A stretch of DNA of 57,700 nt, filler included, from Basidiobolus ranarum (Eukaryota), in the NCBI GenBank assembly GCA_040143965.1. It is 5 parts of 5 records of this genome, joined end to end, with 100 filler letters (N's around TTAATTAATTAA, not from the genome) between each part and the next. Parts side by side here need not be neighbours in the genome. Positions count along the whole stretch, not along the records: positions 23,138 to 34,599 come from JASJQH010007486.1; positions 34,700 to 46,153 come from JASJQH010007487.1; 3 more parts are not named here. The stretch is one strand, 5' to 3'. The number at the start of each line of letters is the position of its first letter. The stretch's first letter is position 1. The translations under genes and the position numbers were made by a program. This document shows, one piece after another, positions 23,563-37,592 of the stretch. The notes below the pieces were generated by a model that worked only from the letters and a program-made list of their open reading frames with translations, made no database searches and was not told the origin of the DNA.

Positions 23563-26500
23563 TTAACTAACGGTAGTTCGCACATAGAAGAGAATATACG
23601 CCGATTTACACTACAATTCCATTGAAAGTTAGTATTCATTCGTTCGCTTTCCTTGAAAAATCAATTCAACATTGGTTCTTACCACAATGGATCTCTCGTC
23701 ACAGGCAGATACACGTGAGTCGTCAAAATTATGCCACTGGTTACGATACCCATTTCTAACCTGTGCAGTATCTAAAGAACATAATGATATTAATGGTTAA
23801 ATCTATCAAAAGGTAATCGAAGTCTTTCATACAATGTCCTCCATTCAAACCACCGAAATGATTAGAGACAGCGTACAGATCGTAAATAGCTGGCGCTTTG
23901 CTTTGAGTCGGGGGTAGGTATGGTCTCATGTCCAATTTTCTGTATAAATAAGAGTAAGACAAGGGAAAAGTAAAATCAAAGCGTGAAGTATATCGAAACA
24001 ACCTTAGAGGATAAGACACGAGAGTATCCAACTTATCACGGAACGGACCAGAAAATGAAAATCGCTTTAAATGAATCAAAAGGATATCTGGTAACCGAGA
24101 TAATGTCAAACGTTTAATAGCTCTACGACGAGTTTTGCATCGAGAGCAGAACCTAATTTTGATGATAAACAACAATAGTCAGTTTATGTTTTTGCCGAGA
24201 AAACCGATCATCCAAGGTCCTACCAAGCGTCATCTCCATCTAGGATTTCCTCTTTCACAAACTCATCCAGGCATCTTGACAATGGAATTCCATTACCCTT
24301 CAAAGGAATAGGCAACGAGAGATACATGAACGGATTATAGGTAGTAGAAGTCTATAATAGATAGCATTATGCTAAAGGAACAGGTGTAATAGTGTCTATA
24401 TACAGATTACTTACTTGTTTGCAGCTAGTACACTGCAGCCTAGAGCGAAACTGTCCCTGGAAGAGACTCACGATGATTGAGGAATTTCGTAGTAAATATT
24501 TCTCCCAAGCCAGATCTGACGATAAATGTTCGGGCATCTTTTCCATCATATCATCATCCTCATTATTGTCAGGTGGTGGTTTAGTAACAATCAGATTTAG
24601 ATCTTCATGTAAACCATCCAGCAAGAAGCCTAGTAATTCCTGTGAATCTTGCTGATCCGAGCCCTTGAATTGAGGTGCAAACTTCGCAATGGCATCCTAC
24701 GTAGAAAATAGCATGTCAATGATCAAATAGACAGTGATTACTCCAAATGTAAAACACTTACTCTAAAAGTGATGGGCGAAACGAAAGTGTATTGCTCACT
24801 CCACATGACTCGGATGAGATCACCAAATGCTTGAGCGAGAACGCCACCTGTACCCAGGAAATTGGTAGCATTGATATGGCGTTTATAACTACCATCTAAA
24901 TGTCATTTTATACTTATTAGTGATATTACACAAATCTAGTAATTTTTAAATGCTCCTATTTACCCAGAAAGTACCGAGCCAGAGGAACAGTGGCGCTTAG
25001 ACATTGCAGTATGGAATTCATAAAACATGTGTTGCCTAAATTTTTCAGTCCAGTAATCCCGATTCGAACTGATCCAAGCTGGGACACTGATGATTCAAAG
25101 GTTGGGGAACCAATATGAACAGGTAGCATATGCTGTTGCCCGTAAGCATGTTGTTGCGAGGGAGCTGATTGAATGATAGGATATGGATGCTGCCATTGTT
25201 GGTTTTGGCTCTGTGCTACGGATGGCATTTGCTGATTTACTCTGTATGCTTGTGGCAAGGGTCCCATAGGTAGCTGAGGTAATGGACGCTTAGGCACTGG
25301 TGGTGGTGGATCGTAACGAATGCTGTTGGTAGTAGTGAATCCATAGTATGGATTGTCTAGGAAAGTTTTTCGTCGGCGAAGGTTCGACGTTGACTCACCT
25401 TCTTGAGTGAGTTCAAGAGGCGCTTGCTGGGTTTGTTGGTTCGAAAACGCGGGAATCGCCTTTTGAGTTTGTGTTGATGTATAATGCTGCTGAGGCTGTG
25501 ACCGTTTAGGAGGTTGAGTGACTCTTGTATCCTGGTGCTTGTATTGCTGTTGCATTTGATGCGTGTGTTGATACTGAATCGGATTAGGATGTGGTGGGTA
25601 AGCTGGGTATTGTTGAGGATGAAAACCTAATTGGTTAACTGGTTGGGGTGCCTTCGAATACGAGGGGCGAGGTCGATTTTCAACCGGTAGTTGCTGCGGT
25701 ACAGCTGGATGAGCTAAAGGACGATAAGCATACTGTTGTTGGTAATGTTGTGGTTGTGGTTGCGGTTGCGGTTGAGGCAAAGATCGGCGTGGTGGTGAAG
25801 AATAAGAGAGTTGTTGAATATTTGGGTTGGGCTGCTGTAAACGATCTACCTTAGGAAGAATAGGTCCTGGCGGTGCGGGTTGTGTAAGATGGAAAGCGTA
25901 TTGACTTTCAGTATTCGGGTTACTCAAGCCATTTCCAGCATAAGGTCGGTAATCAGCACTTTGTGATGGCACTGGATTCTGTTGAAAATAGTCATAGATC
26001 TCGAGTGCAATTGGTCGTCCTATAGCCGGTGTTATCACAGTTGATCTGTCAAGTTTCTCAGCAAGTGCGTCAATTTGATGAGGGATTGTATTAACGCGAT
26101 TCAACCTGTGTCCTTTGCTACATTTGTAAAAAAAGGAAATGATAATGAGAAGATTCATCCCTAATCAGCCAAAGAGCAGTACAAAATAAAACTTTACCTT
26201 TTGGAGTACGTATCTTGAAGTTTATTAAACCAATCGTCTGAGATGTTTTGTTTAGGCTCGGTTTTAGGACCTTCTATTTGCTTATCAACGTTCAGAAAGG
26301 TACTAATATTCTCCTCGCTATTAGCTTTACCCATCATATTTACTGGAGGTTTAACAATAGAACTGGACGCTTCTCCATAATAATTTCTCCACGCCTCGAA
26401 ACCTCCGTTAAGTAATACTGGCATTCTAATCAAGACTTTCTCGAATTCTCGTTCGTAAATAGCTGACACCAAATGTTGCAGAGGATTAGACATTAAATTT

Positions 26501-28769
26501 CCTCCTAGCTCCACCGGTCGCTGGGTCAATGAAGAAGAATTTTGATCGTAGAAAACGATGAGATCAACTTTGTGCCTTTCATTAAATAACAGCTGCTCTC
26601 TTTTTGAACAAACTAACAAAGCAGCTTCGATTTTTGATGAAGTAGTTCTGTAGGGTCAATTAAAGTCGATTAGTGGACAAATACTAAGAAAATGAATTTG
26701 CCATAATGCTTACTCGTGTTTCAAGATCATAGGATCAATATTGATTATATATTTAGCATCAATATGCCCCTTTTGAAAGTCTTCTCTTGGCCTGATATCC
26801 ATCAACAATATTGATGGTGGATTACCAGCCTGTGTAAGATATTGATGCAACGTTTCAGTGGATATAACGGTTGCATGGGGAAAAGCGAACGATGTCTGAG
26901 ATATCGATGTTGAACTTGACCAGCGTCTGGAAGGGGAACTGTGCTTAAAGGGAAATTGCGATTTCTGCGTTGGTGTGTTGCTTAGAGGTGAGACTGCTTC
27001 ATAATCATTTGCTTCTTTGTAAGAAACATCTTCTGATGCATCATCAAGGCTCGAAGTAGAATCATTAAGCTCGAGGGATTTATTTTGAAGGATTGCAGGC
27101 GACTTGGTAAAGATTTCTTCTTCATGTGGCGTTATTTGGGTGTCTTTCTCTTCTTCATCTTGCTGACTCGCCATCTTCTGGCGCCGTACTTTGGCCTGTT
27201 GAGCATTTAAAAGGGCAGTTCTGATAGAGCCATCACGTTCTAAGTTGGGAAATTTTTGAGCAACCTCGTCAATATTGAGTTCTAGCTCTGAAGTAGTTTC
27301 TGATAAAGATGGGCTTTGAATAGCATCGATGTGGGGGAACCTTAGAGCTGATTCGTAAAGATCTGGGTCATGAGTATGGAAATCATCTGCAGTGTCAGAT
27401 ATATGTTCTGGTAAAGCATCTTTAGCCATCGTACTATCGATTGGGGATTTGTCGTAAGATGCTATCAGTTCAACGGGGTCTTCCTCGATAACAGCTTTGC
27501 TTTGTTGATGATCGCCTACCAAATTGGATTCTTTGAGGTTTATTTGTGATTGAACTATAAATTTCGGTGATACTGCCGAATCGACGGAATTTTTTTCCAA
27601 GTCGGTGGTAGAAACTCCAGATTTGCGCCGCTCAACATTTGACTTACGCTTTTCAAGACGATACGAAGTAAATACAGAAGTTGGAATATATCTCTTAGAT
27701 TTAGTAGGGATGAGTGGTCGAGGGGAGGATGAAGTCGCGTTTATTTCATTCGAGCTCTTTGTGTCTGCATATGCCACTTCAGGCGAAGAGAGATTTGTTG
27801 TCCCAGTTGAGCTACTAATTGGCTTAGTTTTTAGTATAGTATGAGGCACACTGTTTGCAGATGTTGAATTGGATTTATCCTTTGTTAGCTTCTGATGGGA
27901 TTCGCTGCCTTTTGGTCTTGGTGGCACGCGAAGTGTTGATTTTGCATCAGTAAGCCAGCTATTTGGATTCTTGCTAGAACTTGTTGTCAATTTCTTTGAT
28001 CCTGTATCATTTATCTTTGTTTCATCCTCATGAACGGATGATATTTGCTGATTTTTAGCTTTTAAATGGAATGGTTGACTACGAGGTATAGCAGTAGGTG
28101 AAGCCTGTGACGCTCCAGCCATTGCGGTAAACTTTCGAATAAGTTCCTGAGCATGATTAGAGACTGAGCTCTCTCTTAAGGGAGCAATACCCGAATTTGG
28201 TGAAAGTTGGCTATATGAACCTTGGGTTACAATATCATCAGATTTCCGAGCTAAATTACTCCTTAGTTGCTTCAGTATGGAAGCTACTTCTAATGCTCTC
28301 TTTAGAAAAGCAAATTAATCCACTGGACACAGGTAACATCTTATTATTTTACTTTACCTTTCTTAATTCCACTTGATGCTGAGGTAAAATGGAAGTAACA
28401 ATGCTATATGAAAGTTTAAGTCATGCATGTTATACCTACAACTTCAAAGAATTATCACAAACTTGTTGAATTTAAGATATTGGACGTATGCGTTTTCTAA
28501 GTCTCCTTTATCATTTGACATTTTAGCCTATACACAGGGGTATCATATTTTAGTAAAGCGAACAGCCTTGAGAGCAATAGTGCATCCAGTTTCAAACAAC
28601 AATAAATAAGAGCTACCTGATCATATAGACGATTAGCCTGAGTAATCCAGCTTTCTATAGATAGATCCTGGTCTTCGACTATTTCTGCTTTTCTTTCTAA
28701 CTCCTGAATATCGACATTAGAGTTTCTTTTGTGATTCGGTGTATTTGAGGTATTTGTAACCAGTGACAT
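23563..28769 (-). CDS. DOA4: Ubiquitin C-terminal hydrolase, USP8/Doa4/Ubp5 family (N-terminal dimerisation, rhodanese and C19 domains), multi-exon
   Basis: Cys box [30 protein letters not shown], His box [14 protein letters not shown], rhodanese [15 protein letters not shown], and N-terminal [10 protein letters not shown]. Confidence 0.93.
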
Positions 28770-30679
28770 TGAAAGACGCTTGAAAACTATTGAGAATAAA
28801 AGAGAAAATACTAAAACAAATATATAGAAAGAAAAATACAAGTATACAAGAAAAGAGTGTTGTCAACAAAAAGATAGGTAACTGATAAAAAGAGTAGAAA
28901 CAACACGCGTTTTAAATAAATCCACCAGTACCTACTGATATTACTGAGATTCAGTGTTAAAATATGCCAAGTAGGTTTACGCCTAATAAAATGATCAGTG
29001 GAGATATTTCACCATAAATGGAAGCGCCCAACTGTAAAAGCAAGTTGCAAGTAAATGGCCATGCTTAGAATTAGTCCAGAGCAATCATATTGGTATGCAC
29101 CCAAGTGCATCAGTAACTACACTTATGGTTGCTATTGTTACTGCCAGAAATCCATCCATATATAGACAATCATACTTTTGCGTCGATCACGTACGATTTG
29201 TTTAAAACTTGTGAGATCATTGTTATACAATCTGGAGCCAATTTGAAGATGATATAGTCCCATCATTTGGTCAACGTCTGCACTGAAGATCACAAACACC
29301 TTGGACTCGGTTTTAGTAGCAACCTTAGTGATTGTGATGGTGAGATCAAACACCTCTAGAGCCTAGAAGTGACAATGCTACATCTAGATATTTATAAGCC
29401 AATGCAGTCATGCCCAAATATACATTTCGATGTTTTATAGCCAATCTCTTGTACAAATATTATTTTGTAGTTGATGCGGTGAGATAGTGTCAGTTCAACA
29501 ATTACTTCTCAGACCATTAGGATCATCGTTCCATCTTCTGTTATTGACCAGCTTTATCCATCAAGTTGATCTAGTACTTGGATGTTTACCACCTTCTACT
29601 ATTAGAATGGCGTCTCAATTCGAATACGTTAACAATGGGATCTCGTAAGCGTCAGATAAGAGAAAAGATATTGAGGCAACTGCCGAATATTACACCTTGT
29701 AGCTCTGGAAAATGTAAACTCTGAGAATGTCACGCAGTCGCTCTAATATCCATGCTATAACTAAATAATCATTATATATCCAGTGTGACAACAAACTCCA
29801 TTATGTAGAGCAAATGTCCATTTTGCTAGGAAGATCTCATTGGCTTTATCAGACTCGATAAAGTATCACAAAGGTCATATTAATCAAATATGGATATTGT
29901 GATTGGGATGCTTAGGGTTAGGGTTTATAAATTACTTGAAATGCAAATATGCAGGCTCTATGCTTGGATGGTAGCATGAGATAGGTGCGAAGTGCACTAC
30001 CAAGATGTAGATGTTCGAAGTAAATGTCCTCTTAGGTAAGAGTTCAGTACACAATTGTTTGGTACTTTTAGGGTTAGTGAAGATTGATATCCAAATCTTA
30101 TACAGAGATGTTCATCAAATATATTGATATATGTAGTCAAGAGAATTCAAGCCCTGTGGAATTATACATTACATTTGCCTCGACATGTGTTTCCTTATAA
30201 CATGATCGTCACGATCAGCTCTCCTCGAGTAAAAAAGCTCTTTGCCGCGCTGTTGCTAGTTAACAGCTTCAACATTTATGGAAGACTTGTACTACTAAGG
30301 CTGGTAATATTTTTTATGATGGCATAGATGCCGAGTAACGTGAGCAGTGCCTTCCATCAGAATTGATGGATCATATTCAGACTGATCGTCTATGATTTTT
30401 TACCCAAAACCGACAAATTATTCCATTCCACTGTTACATGTGGCTGACTAATGGGGATCAAGCCAACTCCCTATGCAAAAGATGGTGAATAGCTTTCAAT
30501 TTTTTAACCAACTGGTGATGCCGATAATCAAGGGAATGTGTGACTAGTTATTAAAAAGCCACTTTACCTGATGTAAATATACCTAACCTCAGAGCCTACA
30601 ACCTCGTGTTGCAAATTTGCAATATCTTACTGACATTCCATCCAGTTATTTTTAACCTCTCCCATCCCCTTATCCACGA

Positions 30680-31203
30680 ATGTCTTTTGCTGCCACAGTC
30701 AAAAAGGCCGCCACTCGCACTACTCCTACGCTTCGGTCGCGAAAAGCAGCAATTATTATAGTATGTCGTGTAAATGTGCATGTTGTCGCTTTGAATAATA
30801 CTTATCTAATATAGACTCCAGCAGCTGTCAATAGAATTAAGCAACTTTCGGAATCCAAAAGTCAAGGTGTAGAACCTCAGTGGCTGAAGATAGGAGTAAA
30901 AACCAAAGGTTGCTCAGGACTAAGTTATTCTTTAGATTACACGAATAAAAAAGAGAAATTCGACGAGGAGGTTGAGCAAGATGGTTGGTCAGTTTTTACT
31001 ATATCTTTATGTCTTCGAATTACTGAATAATCCTTCGTTTTCAACAACACCTAGGTGTAAAAGTACTAGTTGATTCGAAGGCACTGCTCTCAATTTTGGG
31101 TTCTGAGATGGACTATATTGAGGATAAACTATCTTCTCAGTTTGTCTTTCACAACCCCAATATCAAGGAAGCTTGTGGCTGTGGCCAAAGTTTTATGGTT
31201 TAG
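30680..31203 (+). CDS. ISA1: Mitochondrial Fe-S cluster assembly protein IscA/Isa1; exons 30680-30760, 30815-30983, 31055-31203
   Basis: Spliced translation has TPAAVNRI, IGVKTKGCSGLSY, GSEMDY and NPNIKEACGCGQSF, with a basic presequence-like N-terminus. Confidence 0.95.
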
Positions 31204-33728
31204 TCCCTCATTACTGGCATGTGTTTGCTTCGTCTAATTGTAGAGGCTTTTCAGCATTTTCTTCATCACTGTTCAATATCTCTCAACATTCACAATATAT
31301 TCACTCATAAGCTTTGTCAATGAACCTAGTCACCAAGAAATCCATTTTTCATTTCATATCTAGTGTTAGCTCTACCCTCTTAGAATAGGAACGAAATTAT
31401 GAAGTTTAAGAATTGTCACAGTTTTCCTCTCTTGAGAGAATAGTCTAAATAAGAGTGATAAAATAAAACGGACCTAGACAAGAGGTTTATAAATTGGAGT
31501 TGAGATCCTCTATCTCCTGCAAATTTGGATAGAATGATATGAATTTGGAAACCACCGCAAACTTTACCTTCGCATGCACTTGCTGAATACTCTCTATACA
31601 ATTACACTTGCCAGAAGCCAATTATCAAACTTGATGTTCTGAGTCCATGTATTTTTAGATTCTTTCAAATATTATGAATAACTGTCTGGTATTTATAGAT
31701 CAGTGTCATATGAAATAATCCTAAAATACTCAAAGTGTATATGAAAGGTGAATCACTGGCACTGAAGATATTGATTAAGATCAATCAGCTGGGATCTATA
31801 TCTCATTACATTGTGCTCTTAGAGTAATACTGTCAGTATAATACTTATATCAGGTTCAAGTACAGGATGGTTTCGGAGCTGTTCTGTTAAAATGTAAATG
31901 TATCTAAGCAAAAGGCCGACAAATCAATTAATAAGTAGCTGGGAAGTAGAAGTAAGATTACCCAAATCCAATGATTATGATCACCGGTCACCATATGTTC
32001 AACCAACCCATACCGTCAAACCCTGTTTACTGGATACATATCCATTGTATACACCACTAAGAGGTGATATCTATATATGCCGCAATAGTCATAAGCATCA
32101 TAGGAGAGAGTTAGTATATTTGAGCTAATAGTCACAATGATGTAATAGATTGCACTAAATACATGGCTGAGTTTTATCGAAGATAACACCATTCTCATGC
32201 CGTTTAGTCATTTCGCGGAGTTGACGTGTTGGACACATGATATGCCAAAACATATTATCCGATATATCATCATTGACAAAATGGTTTTCCGCGTAGGATT
32301 GTGCATCTTAGCTAACAAACGAGTATAGCAATAAAGGTCCCCCAAGATGGCTCGGTATGTAATATTGGTGACTGTATATCGACCAAATAGTAGGGATGCA
32401 AGGATGTTGAGTTAGTGGAGGTATGAAGAACACACAAGTGCTGAAAGCGATAATACTTCAACTACATGTTGTACTATATCCTCAACTCTTGACCAATATG
32501 ATCAGCTGGCAGAATGCAATGGGGATGACTCTTCAAAGTTCATTATTGATCACCACTCCTCCAACCTGTCACACAAACTTAGCTGAAGTGATACCCATAG
32601 ATGCGACGCATATGCTTTGCTTACATACAAATCTAGTGACTATTTCAACAGGAATATTTACTCGATCGGCTACACAGGAGAGTCAGTGGCATCCAAGTCC
32701 ATATATTTGTTATTCAGGATATCTCCAGTTCACAATCATCAAATGAGACATCGCTATCACGTATCTGCAGAATGAATTTCTGACTACATGATGTTTTAGT
32801 AGGTTTTTATATAGTATCTTGAAACAATTTAACCGTGAATTTTAGGTTCCTTCCCTTGAGCTTACTCAAACCAGATGAAGAATTCAAGACAGGATAAATT
32901 GGACTGCATCGATGGGAAGGGAAACTTTTGGAAAGCTAAATTCAAATTTCTCCCTATGTTGTAACATATGTGATCGTCGATTCCATTCAAAACCTTTTAC
33001 ACAATATGCAGATTGCGGATGGTTGTCACCATACCAATCAATAGAAATGAAGGATATTAAATCAAAATATATATCATATCCTCACTGGATATTGAAGATT
33101 TCAACTGTTCAAAATATGGTCAGCATGTTGTGAAGATATTTATGGATTTGTGATGGAGTGTATCTACCTATATTCCAGACTGTATACATCTCTTAAATCA
33201 TTCACTCATAAATGTAAACTATCAGGGAAATCATGGAACAGCATTTGCATATTTCTTTCAAACATTATTTGTTGGTAATCGACCTTTTCTGTAATTAGAG
33301 GAAATTCGGCCGAACATCCTACCGAGAGAAGGATGTATTTTCCGGAATACCCTTGGATTGTCGGCTTAAATAAACCAACGGATGTATATCCGGAATGATG
33401 ACTCAGTAACAAAGATGCAATTGGATTCGATATGTATCAATAATCTTTGAAAAAGGTCAATCGTTTTATTGAAACACTATATACAAGAGTATAATTTAAA
33501 CACAGAAAAGAAAATAAACAAGAAATTGATGAGATTACAAGATTATGACGAATTACTGATTGGAAAAGCTGCAGTAAATGGGTTTGTAAGTACTTCAATT
33601 CTGCAAGAAACAACCAAATAAAACTGCGTTGATCTCTGAGATACACACGGCAAAATGCTCCCAATGAATGACTATGACTCATCTTGGGTGTTGATCGTAG
33701 AAACCTTGGTAGTGAGTGAGGTCAATTT

Positions 33729-34599
33729 CTAGATAGAAAACATTGCCGACAAATTTGCCAATTGCCGACGATCCTCGCTAGTAGAGATGTTGGGCGTTGG
33801 CACTACTAGAGGAGGTATCGTTGGTTGAGATGTAAACATTGTGGATATTGAGTGAGTGTCAGCCATAAGAGCAAGGCTAGGTAATCGAGGAAGCTTTAGA
33901 GGGGGAAGATCCAATTCGGCTGTTTGCTTCTGCTGTGAACTCGGTGGACTCGGTAAACGAGGTGTATGCAGAGGATAAATCAACGATGACTCTGTCATTT
34001 TTATGTGAGTAGATGAAGGCGCGATCTTCGTGTGGCCCCAAAGGTCTGTTCGGGTCGGCGAAGACAGCATTGGACTAGATTTCCCAACGTTACTCTGAGG
34101 ATGCACGTTGTAAATGTCATGAGTATCAGAATGTGCAAATCTGGTGTCCTCATGACGACCAAAAAGGTCAGTAGTCATATCAGGGTATAGGCCCTCTGGA
34201 ATTCTAACGTTGGAGAAGAAAGAATCATAAGAGGGAACTTTCAGTTGACCAGAAGTAACGTGCTCTTTAGAATAATAACAGATCAGATGAAGCTTGCGGT
34301 GGTTTGCCGTAGTGACTGAGAGGGATTGTTTGATTAAACCACAGTCTTTAAAGGGGAACTCCATGTGAGAGTTATCCCTTCTGTCACCAAGGTCGCCTTC
34401 AATAGCAGATAACGGAGGAGAAGGGTGGTTTAACGAAGATTTACTGTGCTTGCGCTTATTTTCAAGCTCACGGTAGATCAAGAAACTCCCAAGAACGCGA
34501 GAGGGAGACCAAGCTCGGCCATCAGTCCAACGACGCAATCCGGACTCTTCCTCCTCCCCAACATAAACAGAGCCCGAACGAACACTTTGTCGCTCTTTA
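33729..34599 (-). CDS. Gti1/Pac2 (WOPR) family transcription factor, 5' truncated
   Basis: RSGSVYV..ESGLRRWTDGRAWSPSRVLGSFLIYRE, GLIKQSLSV, LHLICYY and a C-terminal SEDRRQL. Confidence 0.93.
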
Positions 34600-34699
34600 N
34601 NNNNNNNNNNNNNNNNNNNNNNNNNNNNNNNNNNNNNNNNNNNTTAATTAATTAANNNNNNNNNNNNNNNNNNNNNNNNNNNNNNNNNNNNNNNNNNNN
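34600..34699. other. Artificial scaffold linker
   Basis: N44-TTAATTAATTAA-N44. Confidence 0.98.
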
Positions 34700-35798
34700 C
34701 GTCAGCTGCCGATTGTTGTGATGAGGAAAGTGCACTTGCAGTGTTTTAGGGGATGGTTTGAAAACCTCAACCCAACACTAGGCTTGGGCTGCTGCTCCAA
34801 CCGGGCGGCATTGGCTCACATCGAGTGCGCAGTGGATTGAGATGAATCGGTTTAGGAGTGGAATGATTGAGACGCATGAGAACAGGGCTGCTTTGTAAAT
34901 AAGAGAAGAATCGCCACTCTAAATTAGGTTGAGATCCGTTTCGCCCTGCCTAGCTGTCTAGCTGGGTAGTAGCCAGTCTGAATGAGCAGAGAGAGCACAG
35001 TAAGGGTGGAATGTGATTACATGTAACTCTGTCGTATCAGGCTTTGAAACAATGAGCCTTATGTGGGGTTGATCACGCGTGTCGCTGCAAGCTTACCAAT
35101 CAGTGGCTCGTACACGTATCCAACGCTCTTCTGAGTTCAAAGCCATCGCAATTTGACGTATCTACCCCAAAATTCGTCCGATAAGTAACGGTCGTGTTCA
35201 TTTTCTGATGAGAATACGATGATAAGCACGTTTTTCTGGAATCGAGCAGCTGAAGCGATTAATTCAGAGCCATCTGGCCAATCATCACACAGGTTGCTCA
35301 GTCACACAGGTCATACCCCAAGTAAACGTTGTTTGAAACGTCTTGCTCGGTACGGTTGTAGCGCGTGGGCTGCCTTTACCCTATTAATACGGAGGAGGTT
35401 GCTTAATCTCCATGTCCATTTGAGCAGCTTTAATCAGTGGCGAGTTGTCGTATGTGTACGTCACCACAGTTACTTTGCACCTGGCACATAGCACTTCACA
35501 GCAAGATGGGTGTCACAGGCTCAATTGCCGGTAGGATCCTACTTTGACTAATGATTACCTGTATGGTGGATTCCCATAGTCAGTGTTATATAAGTATTGA
35601 AAAGCTTGTGCTACAACAGCAAACAGAATGATTTTCAGCAAAGTTACACACAAGGCATGGACATGTTTGGTAGAAACAAAAAGAGGCCAAAGTAAGCAGA
35701 ACCAGTCTAGGCCATGTGTTGATTTATTGCATGGAACTAATCCTCTCACAAATCGAATCAGTAATTCAAAGCCACCATGGTAGTAGTGGACTTGGACA

Positions 35799-37592
35799 TT
35801 ATTTCTTGAGTTCAGCATAAATTAATTTCCTCACTGCTGTCAGTCGATTTACCAATGGTGTGGCGTTATAAGGAAACACATTGGACTTCAAAGACGACTT
35901 GATTGAAGCCTCAAGATTCTCAATCATACTATGGATTTGAACAAGCGCATCGCCGTCCACAGTTTCTATAAATTCTATGAAGCAGTCGGGGACAAGAAAA
36001 GACTTCAGATATCTAACAAGGAACGTCAAGAAGAGCTCACATGTCTCTGCAGAAATCAAAAAGTCCAAAAGAATCTCATAGTCATATGCTAAAGTTTCAA
36101 AGAACTTTAGCGCAACTCCATGAATGGTGACATTAGGTGTAATCTTATTGAGAAACTCTCTCCATTGGATCGTTAAGCTTGTTCGAATACTTTGGTATCG
36201 TTGAAAGGTAAACAATATCCAAATTGTATCTGAATCGTCATTCCCGAAAGTCCGAAACAACTTCGTGGTGAAGTCAGGGTCCTGTAATATAGCTACAGAG
36301 AGATGGATCATAGGTTAGAAATCCAGCAGTAAGTTCAATACATCATGCTAAGGTTCTTACCCTGATACATGGGTGAATATTGCTGGAGTCTATCAAGCAT
36401 AAGCATCTCGGTGGTTGTATTCATCCTCTCATTAGCAACATCATCCAATACTTGAAATAGTGCTTCAACATGTATCTTGATGTAAAGTTTGATACTCTCT
36501 GCATCGAACTGATGTTGAAGGTCGGTTCGCGTGTGATGATAGAAGTTCGTCATATCGGGATCAAACACTTTATCTAGACCACCGTCTTTACCAATTTCAA
36601 ATAAAAACTCTCCATAGGACCTCAGTTGGCATAGAATACTATCAATCTACTTTGCGTAAAGTTTAGGAGTGGTAATTTTTCGAAAAAAAACCTCACTTGA
36701 ATACTTGCAAGTTCATGGTCAGGATTCCATTTTAAAAGCAGGTGAGTCAACTGTAAACATTTTCGGACTACGGAGATTTGGGCGCTGCCAATGTTACGTG
36801 CTAGCTAATGGTGATTCAGTATTGAATAATTCTGTCAGTCAGAAAAATTACAGTATCCCAATTTACCTCTACGATGTTGTCACTCATGCACTCTACAAAG
36901 TCATCAAATTCGTCGTCCATGGGTTCACCAAGTTTCCATACCTTGATAATATCTATAAGAAGACTTAGATACTCAGTTTGGAGAGTATGTGGAGTCTAAA
37001 CTAACTTGTTAGAGAGACTTTTACTAGAGCAAGGCCCCTGTTTAAATTGTACCTTTTCCTGTAATTGAGTAATTTTATATACAATCTGATGTTCTTTTAG
37101 AAGTGTGCTCAAATTGAAAATGAGCTCACTGAATCTGGACTTCAAATTAGCACTCTTTACTTTTTTCCGATATTTCTTTAGTAATTTACGAAGTACTTCG
37201 ATAATAGTGATACAAAAGAAAGATGTTTCCTTGCTCATCCGTTCCTCCTCAGTCGAATCATCCAACATTCTTATCAATATGTTGAGTGCGTCGTCCAAAT
37301 ATTGAGGATTTTCATCCTAATTTACACTTAGTTAGTGAAATGAGTAGATTTTGGAAACACTACAGAATACTACCTGCTCGGAAATGGACTCAATTTCCCT
37401 GGATAACTCGGCGCATATTCTGAACATTTCGAACCGATCATTTGAACAACGTAAATCTCTTAACTATTAAAACGAAGGCTCTATGTGTGGTTAGCTCAAG
37501 GATTCATTGGGGAACAACAGAATTGGAGAAAGTACCAAGGTATTGATTGACAGGGAGGTTGGTAAAGAATCTTCTATCAATTCATCCTCCAT
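35799..37592 (-). CDS. Lines (LINS1) homologue, multi-exon
   Basis: C-terminal YDYEILLDFLISAET..FLVRYLK and FPYNATPLVNRL match the Lines C-terminal pattern. Upstream exons splice in frame (exon 1 is 37592-37536). Confidence 0.75.

Noticed and set aside
32400..33200. Possible pseudogene or integrase zinc-binding relic
   Set aside because: Protein-like patches but no convincing motif. Needs blastx.
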